Assembly (NCBI GenBank): GCA_965248205.1
Contig: CBDFIS010000006.1
Coordinates: forward strand, 3,202,492 to 3,266,491
Length of the DNA: 64,000 nucleotides
From: Bryobacterales bacterium
GTDB taxonomy: Bacteria > Acidobacteriota > Terriglobia > Bryobacterales > UBA6623
Direction of reading: 5' to 3'
Positions 1 to 10,971 of this stretch are shown one piece after another. Each line of letters opens with the position of its first letter. The first letter of the stretch is position 1. Both the position numbers and the translations under genes were made by a program. A model generated the notes under the pieces. It saw nothing but the letters and a program-made list of their open reading frames with translations. It was not told the origin of the DNA and made no database searches.

Positions 1-1998
1 GTGCCGCCCGAATTGACGGGTTGCGTCTTGTTCGTTGTATCCACTTGTCAGGATCACCTTAACGTCTCGACGGAGGCGACTCAGCTCCCGAAACGTTTCT
101 TTCGCATCCATCACTGGCATCGTTAGGTCGAGCACAACAGCAACTATCTCGTCGTGTCGCAACCGGAACACGTTGAGGGCCTCTCGACCGTCCTTCGTGG
201 TCACCACGGTGAAGCCGTGTTTTTCCAGTACTTTCTGGACGAAAGTCCGCACACTCTCTTCGTCGTCAACCGCGAGGATCGTTCCGCTCCCGTGCCATCC
301 CTCCGCAGCCTGTGCCGGCGGCTGCCGATCATCCTCAAGTACGGTCGGTGAGGTAGGGAGCAGCACCCTGAAAATGGTTCCCCGGCCCGGTTGGCTGTCG
401 ATTCTGATCGCTCCCTTGTGACCTCTCACAATCCCAAGCGCCGCGGCCAGGCCCAGGCCGCGGCCGGTGAACTTGGTGGTGAAAAAGGGATCGAAGATTC
501 TCTCCAGCGTCGAACGGTCCATCCCACAACCCGTGTCAGCTACCTCCAAGTAGGTGTAGTCGCCCTCGGGGAGATCCTCATCCAGATACGTCCTAGAGAG
601 ATAGTCGCGATCCGCCGCCATGGCGCCAGTGCGGATGGCAACTGACCCGCTGCGGTCTCCGATCGCCTCCGCGGCGTTGGTTACCAGATTCATCACGACC
701 TGTCGGAGCTGGGTGGCGTCGGCCTCGATGGGAAGAGGCCCTTCGGCAGTATCGTATTTGAGTACGACTTTTTTGGAGATGGAAACCTCTAGCAGATGTG
801 CCATCTCCTCGACGAGTTTGGAAAGGTCGAGTGATTCCACGGCGAAGCGCCCTTTGCCGGAATAGGCCAACATCTGCCTGGTGAGTTGTGCCGCGCGCTC
901 CGCTGCCGTGACCACGTCCTGGACGTAAGGCCTTGCGGGAGATTCAGGCTGCATTTCCAGCAGAGCCAGCTCGGCATTACCCATTACGCTTGTCAACAGA
1001 TTATTGAAGTCGTGAGCGATACCTCCGGCTAACACTGCCAAGCTTTCCAGCTTCTGGGCGTGCTGAATCTTTGCTTCGAGTTTCTGCCGCTCTTCCTCGG
1101 CCCGCTTGCGCTGGGTTATGTCCGTTACGAAAGCAAAATAGCCCTTCGTCTCTCCTTGCTCTCCGACGTGGGGAACGTAGTTCGCGAGCACATGCCGCTC
1201 TTTGCCTCCTAGGAACAGACTCGTTTCGTAGCTCACCGCTTGCCCGGATAGTGCAGCCTCAACATGTCCGCGGATTACCTCGTAAGCGGAGACACCCAGA
1301 ACCTCTTTGATGTGTCGTCCTTTGAGTTCCGTGCGGCTCCGGCCAAACCACGCTTCGTACGTCTTGTTATTGAATTGGTGCCTCTGTTCCGAATCAGCAT
1401 AGGCAATACATACCGGCAAGGCGTCGGTGACGAGACGGAGCTGCTCTTCACTCACTCGCAGCGCCTGCTCACTCCGTCTTCGCTCGGCGACCTCTTTCTC
1501 CAGGGTCGCGTTGGCCTCCGCAAGGGCCATCGTGCGCTCCTTCACCCGTGTTTCTAGCTGAGCATGCGCTCGCGCTAGGGCTTCCTCGGCCCGTTTGCGT
1601 TCGGTAATGTCCTCGAAGATGTACAGCCGTCCGAAGTAGCGATCTGCGACGTCGCGAATCTGTGTCGAAAACCGTCGGACAGTCCTCCCGTCGACGAACT
1701 CCACTTCATCCTCGACGACAGCGCGACTCTCTTCACTCTGCAGCGGCTTGCAGGACTCAACGAATGCTGGGACATCCTTCACCAGCGGAAGGCAGTCAGG
1801 AATGATGTCACCGTTTTTTAGTTCACCGTGGCGCATTGCCTCCTCCAAACTCTCAATGCTCCACATTTCACAAAAAAGGTGGTTGAAGTAGAGAATAGCG
1901 TCGGTCCGGTTGTCGACGACGAAGAGGCCTAGGGGCGAGCTATCTGCCACGGACCGCAGCACAGGTTCGGTCCAGTCCGACGACTTTTGTGCGCTCAT
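1..1998 (-). CDS. PAS-PAS hybrid sensor histidine kinase/response regulator (3' end runs off window)
   Basis: Manual translation from ATG 1998 (GGAG upstream): two PAS-like segments ending DITERKRAE and DITQRKRAE; H-box GGIAHDFNNLL; N-box QVVMNLVTNAAEA; G-boxes DTGCGM and FTTKFTGRGLGL; receiver domain ILAVDDEESVR...VLDLTMP. Not in the ORF track because it lacks a stop inside the window. Confidence 0.92.
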   Translation of the reverse strand, partial: MSAQKSSDWTEPVLRSVADSSPLGLFVVDNRTDAILYFNHLFCEMWSIESLEEAMRHGELKNGDIIPDCLPLVKDVPAFVESCKPLQSEESRAVVEDEVEFVDGRTVRRFSTQIRDVADRYFGRLYIFEDITERKRAEEALARAHAQLETRVKERTMALAEANATLEKEVAERRRSEQALRVSEEQLRLVTDALPVCIAYADSEQRHQFNNKTYEAWFGRSRTELKGRHIKEVLGVSAYEVIRGHVEAALSGQAVSYETSLFLGGKERHVLANYVPHVGEQGETKGYFAFVTDITQRKRAEEERQKLEAKIQHAQKLESLAVLAGGIAHDFNNLLTSVMGNAELALLEMQPESPARPYVQDVVTAAERAAQLTRQMLAYSGKGRFAVESLDLSKLVEEMAHLLEVSISKKVVLKYDTAEGPLPIEADATQLRQVVMNLVTNAAEAIGDRSGSVAIRTGAMAADRDYLSRTYLDEDLPEGDYTYLEVADTGCGMDRSTLERIFDPFFTTKFTGRGLGLAAALGIVRGHKGAIRIDSQPGRGTIFRVLLPTSPTVLEDDRQPPAQAAEGWHGSGTILAVDDEESVRTFVQKVLEKHGFTVVTTKDGREALNVFRLRHDEIVAVVLDLTMPVMDAKETFRELSRLRRDVKVILTSGYNEQDATRQFGRH

Positions 1999-2269
1999 CT
2001 CAGCTGTCGCTCCGCACCGGGAACGGCGAGAACGAAAAACTGGCTAATCTCGTCCGCTTTCGAACCCTATTGTACAGATTGCTCTTGTTTACCGGCTGAC
2101 ATCCCAGGGAATGTAGTGACTCTTCCGTGATTCCTTGCTTTGCGGTGGGGCCGGTGGAGAAAGAGAGTTACTAGGGATTTCGCGATTGTGCCACTGTTAC
2201 ATCGTGGACTGTTACGGCAAGCGAGAGTTGTAATCGTCGCCACTATCGCTGGTCCCAGCTTCGGAATGG

Positions 2270-2441
2270 CCGCCCTCTTGGCGGTCGTAGTTTCGAGTAG
2301 TGGCAGGCAATCTTGCCGGGCACGCAGAGGACAAGCTAAAGAGCTCGATTCTCAACCAAACGATTCTCACCCAAAACGCACGACAAGCTTGAAGCTTGTC
2401 TGCACTCCCCGCCGCGACAAACACGGGTGTTTGTCGCTACC
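2270..2441. repeat. REP-like composite palindromic repeat (GACAAGCT-N-AGCTTGTC plus GACAAACAC-NN-GTGTTTGTC), copy 1
   Basis: Hairpins at 2382-2400 and 2416-2435. The upstream CCGCC..CTTGGCGGTC and GGCAATCTTGCC motifs are also seen at 10760-10805. Confidence 0.8.
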
Positions 2442-2666
2442 GGGCCTGCCCTCCCGTTGGATCTGACCCCACTAGCGAGGCGTCACCGCTGGGTTTCCTT
2501 TCCCGTCAGCTCCTGAACCCTCAACCCGAACTGCTCCGCCTAGGTTCGGCCCTTCTGGAAACCTCCAGCGCCTCGCTCGCTCTTGCCTTAGAATGACCAA
2601 GACAACAGCGGCGGCCGGCGGAGTTGCGACGCGGGCCGACTGGCGGCATACACACGGGGGTGTCCT

Positions 2667-3719
2667 ATGGATCCGATTGGAAATGCGGTGCTTGGTGCGG
2701 TGTTTCTGCTGCTCGGTGCGGCGGGAACCTTCCTGATGTTTCACTTGTGGAAGTACCCATTCGACCACGAAAAACTCAAGAGCGAAGCGCCTCTTTGGCT
2801 GATGTTACTGCATCGAATCATCGGCTATCTCTACGGCGCCATCTATATCTATTTCATGACGCAGATGGTTCCGCGCATGTGGGAGTATCAAATCGAGATT
2901 CCAGCTCGCACGGTGGCGCATTTGACGCTCGGGATGGCGATCGGGGCCATTCTTATCATCAAGATCGCTATCGTTCGCTACTTCAAGCACCTGGAGTCCG
3001 CACTCGTGCCGGCGCTAGGAACAGTCCTCCTCGTTTGCACCGTTCTGCTGCTCGGATTGTCGGCGCCTTTCGCCTTCCATGAGGCCTATTTGCGGAAAAC
3101 CGTCCTCGCCGGGGATTTGTTCGGTGCGGAAAACATAGCTCGTGTCCACGAACACCTAGCAACGGCCGGGCTTGAGGACCAATCGGAGTTGAAGAGTTTT
3201 TCCTCGCCCGAAAGTCTTCAGGCGGGCCGGCTAGTTCTCTCGACGAAATGCATCGAGTGCCACGACCTGCGGACTGTGCTGGCGAGGCCCCGTACACCCG
3301 ACGCCTGGCGGCAAACCGTGCGGCGCATGGCAGAGCGCTCAAGCCTATTCGATCCCATCAGTGAGGATGAGCAGTGGGCGGTCACGTCGTACCTGATTGC
3401 GATATCACCGGACTTGCAGCGCTCTGCTCGCGAGCGGCGGTCTCAGGAACAGGTCAATCAGGCGTCGAAGGCAGCGGCGGAACACCTGGTCGAAGCGACC
3501 GCAGAGGAACCGGCCCCTTTCGATCCCCAACGTGCCCAGCAGCTCTTCCAGGGCCGCTGTTCCTTGTGCCACCCAGTGGAGATGATCGAGGTCGCCCCAC
3601 CACAATCAGCGGACGAGGCTCGCCAACTCGTCGCCCGAATGGTCAACAACGGCATGCCAGGTTCGGAGGAAGAGCTGGCGCAGATCGTGCAATACATCAC
3701 ACACAACTACGTCAGGTAG
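2667..3719 (+). CDS. Membrane-anchored diheme c-type cytochrome with N-terminal multi-TM domain
   Basis: About four hydrophobic helices with His residues (LHRIIG, AHLTLG), then two CxxCH motifs (CIECH, CSLCH), each followed by a W/A..tV.RM-type motif. Confidence 0.8.
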   Translation: MDPIGNAVLGAVFLLLGAAGTFLMFHLWKYPFDHEKLKSEAPLWLMLLHRIIGYLYGAIYIYFMTQMVPRMWEYQIEIPARTVAHLTLGMAIGAILIIKIAIVRYFKHLESALVPALGTVLLVCTVLLLGLSAPFAFHEAYLRKTVLAGDLFGAENIARVHEHLATAGLEDQSELKSFSSPESLQAGRLVLSTKCIECHDLRTVLARPRTPDAWRQTVRRMAERSSLFDPISEDEQWAVTSYLIAISPDLQRSARERRSQEQVNQASKAAAEHLVEATAEEPAPFDPQRAQQLFQGRCSLCHPVEMIEVAPPQSADEARQLVARMVNNGMPGSEEELAQIVQYITHNYVR

Positions 3720-3831
3720 AACCGATGTCGAAGAGAGTGTCCTTGGGAGATCGGCGGAGGCGCCAAAGGCATTCTGGACAAGATCCTCGAATGATGCGAT
3801 GGGACCGGCAATCCCTCGCGACCGGACAATC

Positions 3832-3890
3832 GACAAGCTGAAGCTTGTCCGCACTGCCAGCCAGGACAAACACGAGTGTTTGTCACCACC
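3832..3890. repeat. REP-like double-hairpin repeat, copy 2
   Basis: GACAAGCTGAAGCTTGTC (3832-3849) plus GACAAACACGAGTGTTTGTC (3865-3884) plus ACCACC, between convergent genes. Confidence 0.85.
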
Positions 3891-3908
3891 CATGCGACCA
3901 CCTCGCGG

Positions 3909-5021
3909 CTACGCTGTCTTTGAGCTAGTTCGCTCGGCCATTTCCCGGAGCGAATCCTCAAAGGGCGCTCGCGCCACCCCCAGCTCGGTGATGATGGCCG
4001 TGACGTAGCGGTTCGGGGTGACATCAAACGCGGGGTTCAGTACAGCCGTTTCGACTGGCGCCACGGCTACACCTTGAATGTGCGTAACTTCCAAGGGACT
4101 GCGCTCCTCGATCGGAATCTCCTTACCGGAAGCAGTATCGAGGTCGACCGTAGAGAGGGGAGCGGCTACGTAAAAGGGGACCTTGTTCTCCTTGGCGAGG
4201 ACAGCCAGGCTGTAGGTGCCGATCTTGTTGGCAACATCACCGTTGGCGGCGATGCGGTCAGCGCCCACCACGACGGCGCCCACTCGGCCCGAAGAAAGAA
4301 CATGGCCGGCCATGTTGTCCGTAAGCAGAGTGACCGGGATGCTGTCTTGCTGCAACTCCCATACCGTGAGCCGCGCACCTTGCAGAAACGGTCGCGTCTC
4401 GTTGGCAAACACAGCGACAGAATTGCCCGCTTCCACCGCGGCGCGGATCACCCCCAGCGCCGTCCCGTAGCCCGCGGTCGCCAGGGCACCAGCGTTGCAA
4501 TGCGTCATGACGGTCGCCCCTGCAGGCAGCAGTTTCGCCCCATGGCGACCCATGGCGTGGTTGATTTCGATGTCCTCTCGATGAATCGTGAGAGCCTCTT
4601 CGGTCAGTCCCTCCCGTATGGCTTCAAGGTTGGCTCCGCTCGCTCGCAGCTCACGATAGCGGCGCTTCATGCGATCGATCGCCCAGAAGAGATTGACCGC
4701 CGTGGGACGCGTGGCGGCAAGCGTGGAGCAAATCGTTTCCAGTTCGCGGTCGAGTCGCTCGGCGGTTGCCGCGGCCAACTCAGCCGCGGTCGCATCACTT
4801 TCTCGCCGGTCATCGCTCTCCGGTGAGGCGCCTTTGACACCCAGGGCGACACCCATGGCGGCGGCTACACCGATCGCCGGTGCACCGCGGATGACCATCG
4901 ATCGAATCGCATGGGCGACCTCCTGATACGTCCTACAGGTGACGTATTCTTCCACGCTGGGGAGGCGCGTTTGGTCAATCATGACCACGCCGCCCGGTGT
5001 CCATTCGATCGTCCTGACCAT
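3909..5021 (-). CDS. mtnA: S-methyl-5-thioribose-1-phosphate isomerase
   Basis: Motifs [74 protein letters not shown]. Confidence 0.96.
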   Translation of the reverse strand: MVRTIEWTPGGVVMIDQTRLPSVEEYVTCRTYQEVAHAIRSMVIRGAPAIGVAAAMGVALGVKGASPESDDRRESDATAAELAAATAERLDRELETICSTLAATRPTAVNLFWAIDRMKRRYRELRASGANLEAIREGLTEEALTIHREDIEINHAMGRHGAKLLPAGATVMTHCNAGALATAGYGTALGVIRAAVEAGNSVAVFANETRPFLQGARLTVWELQQDSIPVTLLTDNMAGHVLSSGRVGAVVVGADRIAANGDVANKIGTYSLAVLAKENKVPFYVAAPLSTVDLDTASGKEIPIEERSPLEVTHIQGVAVAPVETAVLNPAFDVTPNRYVTAIITELGVARAPFEDSLREMAERTSSKTA

Positions 5022-5145
5022 ATTCGACTCAGCGCCGACAATAAGCCGCCACGGCAGATTCGGGAATCCGAAGCCGCTTCCTACCGAACAGCATCACTTT
5101 TTCTCCTCGCCGGATCGTCATCGGCTCACAACACCGGCAATCGGG

Positions 5146-6009
5146 CTATTGCATGCTCTGAAGCGTATCTCCCCCAACGATCAGCGCCGCGAAAAGTGTG
5201 GCGTTGTAGGCACAATGGACCAGTGTAGAGGGCACTAGCGATCCAGTCCTAGCGCGAAGCAAGCCAAACACGATACCGACATAGAGAAGCAACAGGAGGA
5301 TTTGCCAGTGCCATCCGTACTGCCATCCGTGTAGTGCCGAGAAGATTGCGCTTGTCAGCAGGACGGCGGCAGCCTTGCCCCACGATCTCTCAACCACAGG
5401 GTAGAGAAAGCCGCGAAAGGCCATCTCTTCGACAGGAGGCGCGATCAGAACGCCGAAGACCGCGAGAACAAGAACCGCTTGAGGATCCTTCAGCAGTTGC
5501 TCAATAGGAAGCGGTTCTGTGGGCATGGAAATTACGCTTGCGATTGCGCCCACGGAGAACGCTAAAGCAACGCCCCCCCAACAGTAAAGGACCGTGTCTA
5601 ACCCCGGCCTGCCAAGTCTACGCCAGCCGATTGAACCCCAAAAAGGAAGACGGTACTTGACCGTAATGACCGCGTGCATGAAGCTGAGGAGAATGGCCCA
5701 CCACACAAAGTGGGTGACGACAGCGACCAGAGGGCTGCCAAGGACTCCCCCTAACTCGACTTCTGACCCCGTGACGTACGCAACAGCGTAAAAGCCTGCT
5801 ACCGAAACAACGATCGAGAAGATCAGCGCGGGAACCGACAGCAGCACAAGAAGCAGCACGTCCCAAATAGTCCATCCGCTGGGTAAGGGTTCGGCGCTTG
5901 GCGAGGAGGCATCCGGAAAAGCGGGGCCCGGTATACCGTCCGGGCTCAATGGCTCGATAGCGGGCTGCCCAACTCCACTCGACCGCGGTTCGGGGGATTC
6001 CTCTGACAC
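5146..6009 (-). CDS. CPBP family intramembrane glutamic endopeptidase (Abi/CAAX)
   Basis: Multi-TM protein with PPVEEMAFRG, FSALH and HCAYN motifs. Confidence 0.9.
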   Translation of the reverse strand: MSEESPEPRSSGVGQPAIEPLSPDGIPGPAFPDASSPSAEPLPSGWTIWDVLLLVLLSVPALIFSIVVSVAGFYAVAYVTGSEVELGGVLGSPLVAVVTHFVWWAILLSFMHAVITVKYRLPFWGSIGWRRLGRPGLDTVLYCWGGVALAFSVGAIASVISMPTEPLPIEQLLKDPQAVLVLAVFGVLIAPPVEEMAFRGFLYPVVERSWGKAAAVLLTSAIFSALHGWQYGWHWQILLLLLYVGIVFGLLRARTGSLVPSTLVHCAYNATLFAALIVGGDTLQSMQ

Positions 6010-6091
6010 GACTGGACTTTTATGCTACCAGTACATGACGCATGCTCGTTGCTTCGGAGATCCGCCCGCGGGAAGTTGCCTGCGGAGAAGA

Positions 6092-8926
6092 CTAATTTGC
6101 GCGGGTTCGCTTTCGACCGCGCGGCCGTTTAGGCTTGCCCACAACTTTTGCCAGCGCCCTCCCGGTGTAGCTTTTCCGGCACTTTACAATTTCTTCCGGA
6201 GGGCCGCACGCCACGACCTCGCCTCCTTTTTCGCCCCCCTCAGGGCCGAGGTCGATGACCCAGTCGGCGCACTTGATCACGTCCATGTTGTGTTCGATCA
6301 CGATGACGGTATTCCCCAGCTCTGCCAGCCGGTCGAGCACCTCGAGCAGCTTTCGGATGTCGTCAAAGTGAAGGCCGGTTGTGGGCTCGTCCAGCAGATA
6401 GAGCGTCCGCCCTGTCTGGCGCTTGCTTAGCTCGCGGGAGAGTTTGATACGCTGGGCTTCGCCGCCCGAAAGCGTGGTCGCTGACTGGCCAAGATGTATA
6501 TAGCCGAGTCCGACGTCGGATAGCGTTTGCAGCTTGGTGCGGATCTGAGGAATGTTTTCCGTCACGGGCAACGCATCGTCGACCGTCGACTCCAGCAAGT
6601 CGGCAATAGAGGAGCCTTTGTACTTGACTTCCAGAGTCTCGTAGTTGTAGCGGCGTCCGCGACAGGTGTCGCAGGTGACGTACACGTCGGGAAGGAAGCT
6701 CATTTCGATCCGCCGCTGGCCGTCGCCTCGGCAGGCCTCGCAGCGCCCCCCTTTGACATTGAAACTAAACCGCCCCGGTTTGTAGCCGCGTGCCCGGGAC
6801 TCGGGAAGCATGGCGTAGAGTGCTCGGATAGCCGTGAATACACCGGTGTAGGTGGCGGGATTCGAGCGCGGAGTCCGCCCGATCGGCGACTGATCGATTC
6901 GGACAACCTTATCGATCTCGTCGAGTCCGTCGATGCCTCGATGGCGTCCTGGGTGCCCTCGAGATCGATAGATCTTCCTGGCCAGCACAGGGTGGAGAAT
7001 GTCATTGACCAGCGTCGATTTGCCGCTACCGGACACGCCGGTGACGACAATCAACATCCCGAGCGGAAATTCTACGTCAATGCTCTTCAGGTTGTGATGC
7101 TGAGCGTTGCGAACCGTCAGGAATTTCCCATTTGGTGAACGGCGCCTCGCCGGGGAGGGAACTTGTTTCTTGCCACTCAGGTACTGCCCCGTGAGGGATT
7201 CCGCGCAGCTCCCGATTTCGGCGGGAACGCCGGTTGCAACGACTTGGCCGCCCAGCCTTCCGGCAGCAGGACCCAGATCCACAACGTAGTCCGCCCGCTG
7301 AATCGTTTCGAGATCATGTTCGACAACCAAAATGGTGTTTCCCATGTCTCTCAGTCGGGCCAGCGTGTTAAGCAGACGGTCGTTGTCGCGGGCATGCAAA
7401 CCGATCGACGGCTCATCAAGCACGTAGAGCACGCCACGCAGCTGCGACCCGATTTGAGTAGCCAGCCGAACCCGCTGAGCTTCACCGCCCGACAGTGTTG
7501 CCGCGGATCGATCCAGACTCATGTATTCCAACCCCACGGAAACGAGGAATTGCAGCCTTTTTCGAATCTCGTCTACCAGACGGCCGGCGATCTGCCGCTG
7601 GCGATCATTTAGTTTCAGGCCGTCGACGAAACGCAACGCTCCCTCGATCGGCAATCCAGCGACGCCGGCGACGGAAACACCGCCGACCTTCACGGCGAGG
7701 CTCTCCGGCCGTAAACGCTGACCCCCACATGCCTTGCACGGTACCGGCGAAGTAAACTGATCTAGCCGATGCTGGTGGCGTTCCGACCAATCTTCCCCAT
7801 TCCATTCGTCATTCCAATCGTCGAGCAATACGAGCAACCCGGGAAAATCGGTGGCAGATAGGGCACTGCGGGCACCCTTGCTGGTCCCGAAGAGCATCAC
7901 ATTTTGGTGGCGCTCGGAAAGCTCATCGAACGGTTTCGTAATCCGGATGCGAGCTTTCCTCGCGGCGGACTTCAGATCCCTCTCAATCGCGGGAGAAAGC
8001 AAGCCAGTCGCTATCCCTCCCTCGAGAAGCGGCTTTGATGGGTCAACAACCACCTTCTCCGGGTCAAAGCCCCAAAGACTGCCTAGGCCGGAGCAAGTCC
8101 GACAGGCGCCGTAAGGACTGTTGAAGGAGAACGACCGCGGCTCAAGAGCAGGCACACTGGCGCCGCAGCGAGTGCAAGCCAGCTTTTCGGAATACAGCTG
8201 TTCGTCGCCTCCCGGTTCCGCCACCAGGACCAACCCACCAGCGAGCCGGGTCGCCGTGTTAATGGAGTTGGTCAGTCGTCGCTCCAAGCCCTCGCGCACG
8301 CTGAGGCGGTCGATGACGACCTCGATCGTGTGATTCCGCCGCCGGTTCAAACGAATCTCTTCGTCGAGTTGCAAGACCTCGCCATCGACTCTCGCCCGCA
8401 GAAAGCCCCGTTGGGCGAGTCTCTCGAACTCCTTCTTGAACTCTCCCTTCCGGCCGCGAACGACGGGGGCTAGAATCATCACGCGTTTGCCCAATTGCCG
8501 CTCGATGATTTGGGCTACGATCTGATCACTTGATTGGCGGCTGATTCGGGTACCACAGGTCGGACAATGTGGCGCACCGATCGAGGAATACAGCAGACGG
8601 AGGTAGTCGTAGATCTCCGTGATTGTCCCGACAGTTGACCGCGGGCTGCGGCTGGAAGTCTTCTGTTCGATCGACAGCGCCGGGCTAAGTCCTTCGATCG
8701 AATCGACGTCAGGCCGCTCCATTTGATCGAGAAACTGTCGGGCGTAGGGAGAGAGTGTCTCGACGTAACGCCGCTGTCCCTCGGCGTAGATCGTGTCGAA
8801 CGCCAGCGACGATTTCCCGGAACCGCTTAGGCCCGTGATGACGGAGAAGCTATTGCGGGGAATCTCGAGATGAATGTCCTTGAGGTTGTGCTCGCGGGCT
8901 CCGCGTACGGTGATCCGATCCAGCAT
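6092..8926 (-). CDS. uvrA: Excinuclease ABC subunit A
   Basis: [32 protein letters not shown], two ABC domains with LSGGEAQR, and zinc fingers. Confidence 0.98.
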   Translation of the reverse strand: MLDRITVRGAREHNLKDIHLEIPRNSFSVITGLSGSGKSSLAFDTIYAEGQRRYVETLSPYARQFLDQMERPDVDSIEGLSPALSIEQKTSSRSPRSTVGTITEIYDYLRLLYSSIGAPHCPTCGTRISRQSSDQIVAQIIERQLGKRVMILAPVVRGRKGEFKKEFERLAQRGFLRARVDGEVLQLDEEIRLNRRRNHTIEVVIDRLSVREGLERRLTNSINTATRLAGGLVLVAEPGGDEQLYSEKLACTRCGASVPALEPRSFSFNSPYGACRTCSGLGSLWGFDPEKVVVDPSKPLLEGGIATGLLSPAIERDLKSAARKARIRITKPFDELSERHQNVMLFGTSKGARSALSATDFPGLLVLLDDWNDEWNGEDWSERHQHRLDQFTSPVPCKACGGQRLRPESLAVKVGGVSVAGVAGLPIEGALRFVDGLKLNDRQRQIAGRLVDEIRKRLQFLVSVGLEYMSLDRSAATLSGGEAQRVRLATQIGSQLRGVLYVLDEPSIGLHARDNDRLLNTLARLRDMGNTILVVEHDLETIQRADYVVDLGPAAGRLGGQVVATGVPAEIGSCAESLTGQYLSGKKQVPSPARRRSPNGKFLTVRNAQHHNLKSIDVEFPLGMLIVVTGVSGSGKSTLVNDILHPVLARKIYRSRGHPGRHRGIDGLDEIDKVVRIDQSPIGRTPRSNPATYTGVFTAIRALYAMLPESRARGYKPGRFSFNVKGGRCEACRGDGQRRIEMSFLPDVYVTCDTCRGRRYNYETLEVKYKGSSIADLLESTVDDALPVTENIPQIRTKLQTLSDVGLGYIHLGQSATTLSGGEAQRIKLSRELSKRQTGRTLYLLDEPTTGLHFDDIRKLLEVLDRLAELGNTVIVIEHNMDVIKCADWVIDLGPEGGEKGGEVVACGPPEEIVKCRKSYTGRALAKVVGKPKRPRGRKRTRAN

Positions 8927-8953
8927 GATTGTGGGAAGGATGAAGAAGGGTGC

Positions 8954-8993
8954 TTCGCTTTTGATTCTAGTGACCAGGCGAAAAACGCGTCAA
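8954..8993 (-). promoter_or_regulatory. Putative sigma70 promoter of uvrA with overlapping candidate LexA box
   Basis: Minus strand TTGACG (8993-8988), N18, TAGAAT (8969-8964). GAATCAAAAGCGAA (GAA-N8-GAA, 11-bp period) overlaps the -10 element. Confidence 0.6.
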
Positions 8994-9125
8994 ATGGCCG
9001 GCTCGGTGATGGGCTTCTCTGCGTGTCTGGGGGTTAAGGATCACAGGCGAGACCGGTGGTGCCGGAGACCTTGACAGGTTTAGCTCTGCTTTCGTACAAA
9101 CTAATCTCCAGGAGCGTACCCGACA

Positions 9126-9557
9126 ATGAAAACCCTGACCGTCTCACTCCTTCTGCTGGCTGTAACCCTGTCGACTGTCGCGGCCGAGAAAAAGATCGTC
9201 CATCCGCCTGAATTCCCCACCGGGAGGCCCTACAGTCCAGGCGTTCAGTTCGGCGACACACTGTACTGTTCCGGACAGACGGGTCCTGACCTCAAAAGCG
9301 GGCAATACCCGGACAAGTTCGAAGACGAGGTTCACAATATCTTCAAGCGCATCAGGATTATCTTGGAGGCTGCCGGCTACGGCTATCCCGACGTCGTCGA
9401 CGTGAAGGTGTTTCTAGCCGATATTTCCCTCTACTCCCGAATGAACGCCGTCTACACTCAGTATTTCAAGAAGGACCGCCCCGCCCGGACGACGGTTGCC
9501 GTTGCTGCTCTCCCAGGTAACGCCAGAATCGAAATCACGGCGGTGGCCCGCAAATGA
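9126..9557 (+). CDS. RidA/YjgF/UK114 family protein with N-terminal signal peptide
   Basis: PYSPGVQFGDTLYCSGQTG, VKVFLADI, MNAVYTQYF, PARTTVAVAALP and IEITAVA motifs; hydrophobic leader. Confidence 0.9.
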   Translation: MKTLTVSLLLLAVTLSTVAAEKKIVHPPEFPTGRPYSPGVQFGDTLYCSGQTGPDLKSGQYPDKFEDEVHNIFKRIRIILEAAGYGYPDVVDVKVFLADISLYSRMNAVYTQYFKKDRPARTTVAVAALPGNARIEITAVARK

Positions 9558-9623
9558 GGATCAAGCGCCGTCACCATCTAGTTGCCAAAGTGCTGAATAC
9601 GATATTACCGGTGATACATCGAC

Positions 9624-10661
9624 ATGAAACAAGGAAGTGCGATTTGTAGAGAGCCTCGGAACATGTGTTTTGTTTGGCCGCATCGCGTGGGCCGCCCGAT
9701 ACGGTTTCGAAATCGGTTTGTGCTGGCGGTTTCCGTTTTCGGCGCTCTCGCCGGCAATAACCTTCCGGCGCAGCAGGAATTCCCACCCGAGATCGCCGCG
9801 GAGTTCGCCAAAACGCCGCCGGAGCTCCCGCCGAACCACAAGGTCGGGATCGACATCGACCGTTTTATCGGCAACTCCTTTCAGTCCGCCGTTCGCAAGT
9901 CTCACGCCACGATCTTTGTCCGTTCGATCCTTACCCCGGGAGACCCCTACCAGCCCGGCGAGCCCGGGGCCGTGCTCGAATACAGGAACGACCTCGCCGA
10001 GGCAACGTTGCTGGGACGTAACCGGACTCCCCTGGTCGAAATGCCCGACCAGATCGTTTTGTTCATCACCGGGGGCGAGGGCCGTCTGGACAATGGCGGG
10101 GAATACTGGGACCTCAAGGAACGAACGGGGGTATTGATCCCACCGGGTGCCAAGCACCGGCTGGCGAGTACCTCGGACGCCCCCTTGCGAATGATCATGG
10201 TCAAGTGGACCCCCGCGGAAGGGGCGTCGCCGGCGAAAACAATCTTGGTTCGCGATCTCGATGTACTGCCTTTCGAAGCTTGCGGCGCCGACCTCTGTCA
10301 CTGGTCCTATATGGGGAAAACCGTATTTTCGGGCGCCGCTCATGGACTTCATCCCAACGAGGGATTCTTCTTTGTCTCCGTCGCACCGATGTCGATGGGC
10401 GGACCCCACGCCCACGTCCCGAGCTGGGAAGAAGTCTGGATCAAGCTCCCTCCCCACGATTCCTACATGATGTTGGGCAGTGAGCTGCGAGAGATGCCGC
10501 CCCATACCGCCTTTCTGGCGCCACCCAACTACAAGACCACGCATTCCGTGATCAATACCAGCAAGGATCAAGTTCAGACCTGGTTGCTGACCGCCAGGTT
10601 CATCATCGAACTGCCCGAGATCACGAAGGATCTCCTGGTGCCGCCAACGCCGCTCGAGTGA
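9624..10661 (+). CDS. Exported bicupin-domain protein (true start possibly downstream)
   Basis: Signal-like segment VLAVSVFGALAG; cupin motifs GEGRLDNG..LIPPGAKHRL and GGPHAHVPSWEEVW..FLAPPNYKTTHSV. Confidence 0.7.
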   Translation: MKQGSAICREPRNMCFVWPHRVGRPIRFRNRFVLAVSVFGALAGNNLPAQQEFPPEIAAEFAKTPPELPPNHKVGIDIDRFIGNSFQSAVRKSHATIFVRSILTPGDPYQPGEPGAVLEYRNDLAEATLLGRNRTPLVEMPDQIVLFITGGEGRLDNGGEYWDLKERTGVLIPPGAKHRLASTSDAPLRMIMVKWTPAEGASPAKTILVRDLDVLPFEACGADLCHWSYMGKTVFSGAAHGLHPNEGFFFVSVAPMSMGGPHAHVPSWEEVWIKLPPHDSYMMLGSELREMPPHTAFLAPPNYKTTHSVINTSKDQVQTWLLTARFIIELPEITKDLLVPPTPLE

Positions 10662-10686
10662 GACGATTGAAGCGGAATTCGGTGAC

Positions 10687-10868
10687 GACAAGCTAAAGCT
10701 TGTCTAAACTTTCAACCAGGACAAACACGAGTGTTTGTCACCACCGAGGCGCCGGTAGTGACCGCCACTCTTGGCGGTCCAGTTTGAGTACTGGCAATCT
10801 TGCCGGTCAGACAAGCCTAGGCTCGTCTGAACCTTTCACCAGGACAAACAGGAGTGTTTGTCGCCACC
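10687..10868. repeat. REP-like double-hairpin repeat, tandem copies 3 and 4
   Basis: GACAAGCTAAAGCTTGTC (10687-10704) with GACAAACACGAGTGTTTGTC (10720-10739); GACAAGCCTAGGCTCGTC (10810-10827) with GACAAACAGGAGTGTTTGTC (10843-10862). Confidence 0.85.
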
Positions 10869-10971
10869 AAAGCGAACAATAGCGCCCATCACTCTGTGGG
10901 GTCCTTCACAACGGAGCGGGGACGACGCTGAACGCGCCTTGGTAGTTCCGCTACCATGGGAGGATCGAGCC

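Noticed and set aside
9561-10691. Long antisense ORFs (e.g. 9561-10691, 4074-4826, 12136-13155, 23866-24828, 45919-46635)
   Set aside because: Shadow ORFs opposite well-supported genes, expected at high GC; no motifs.
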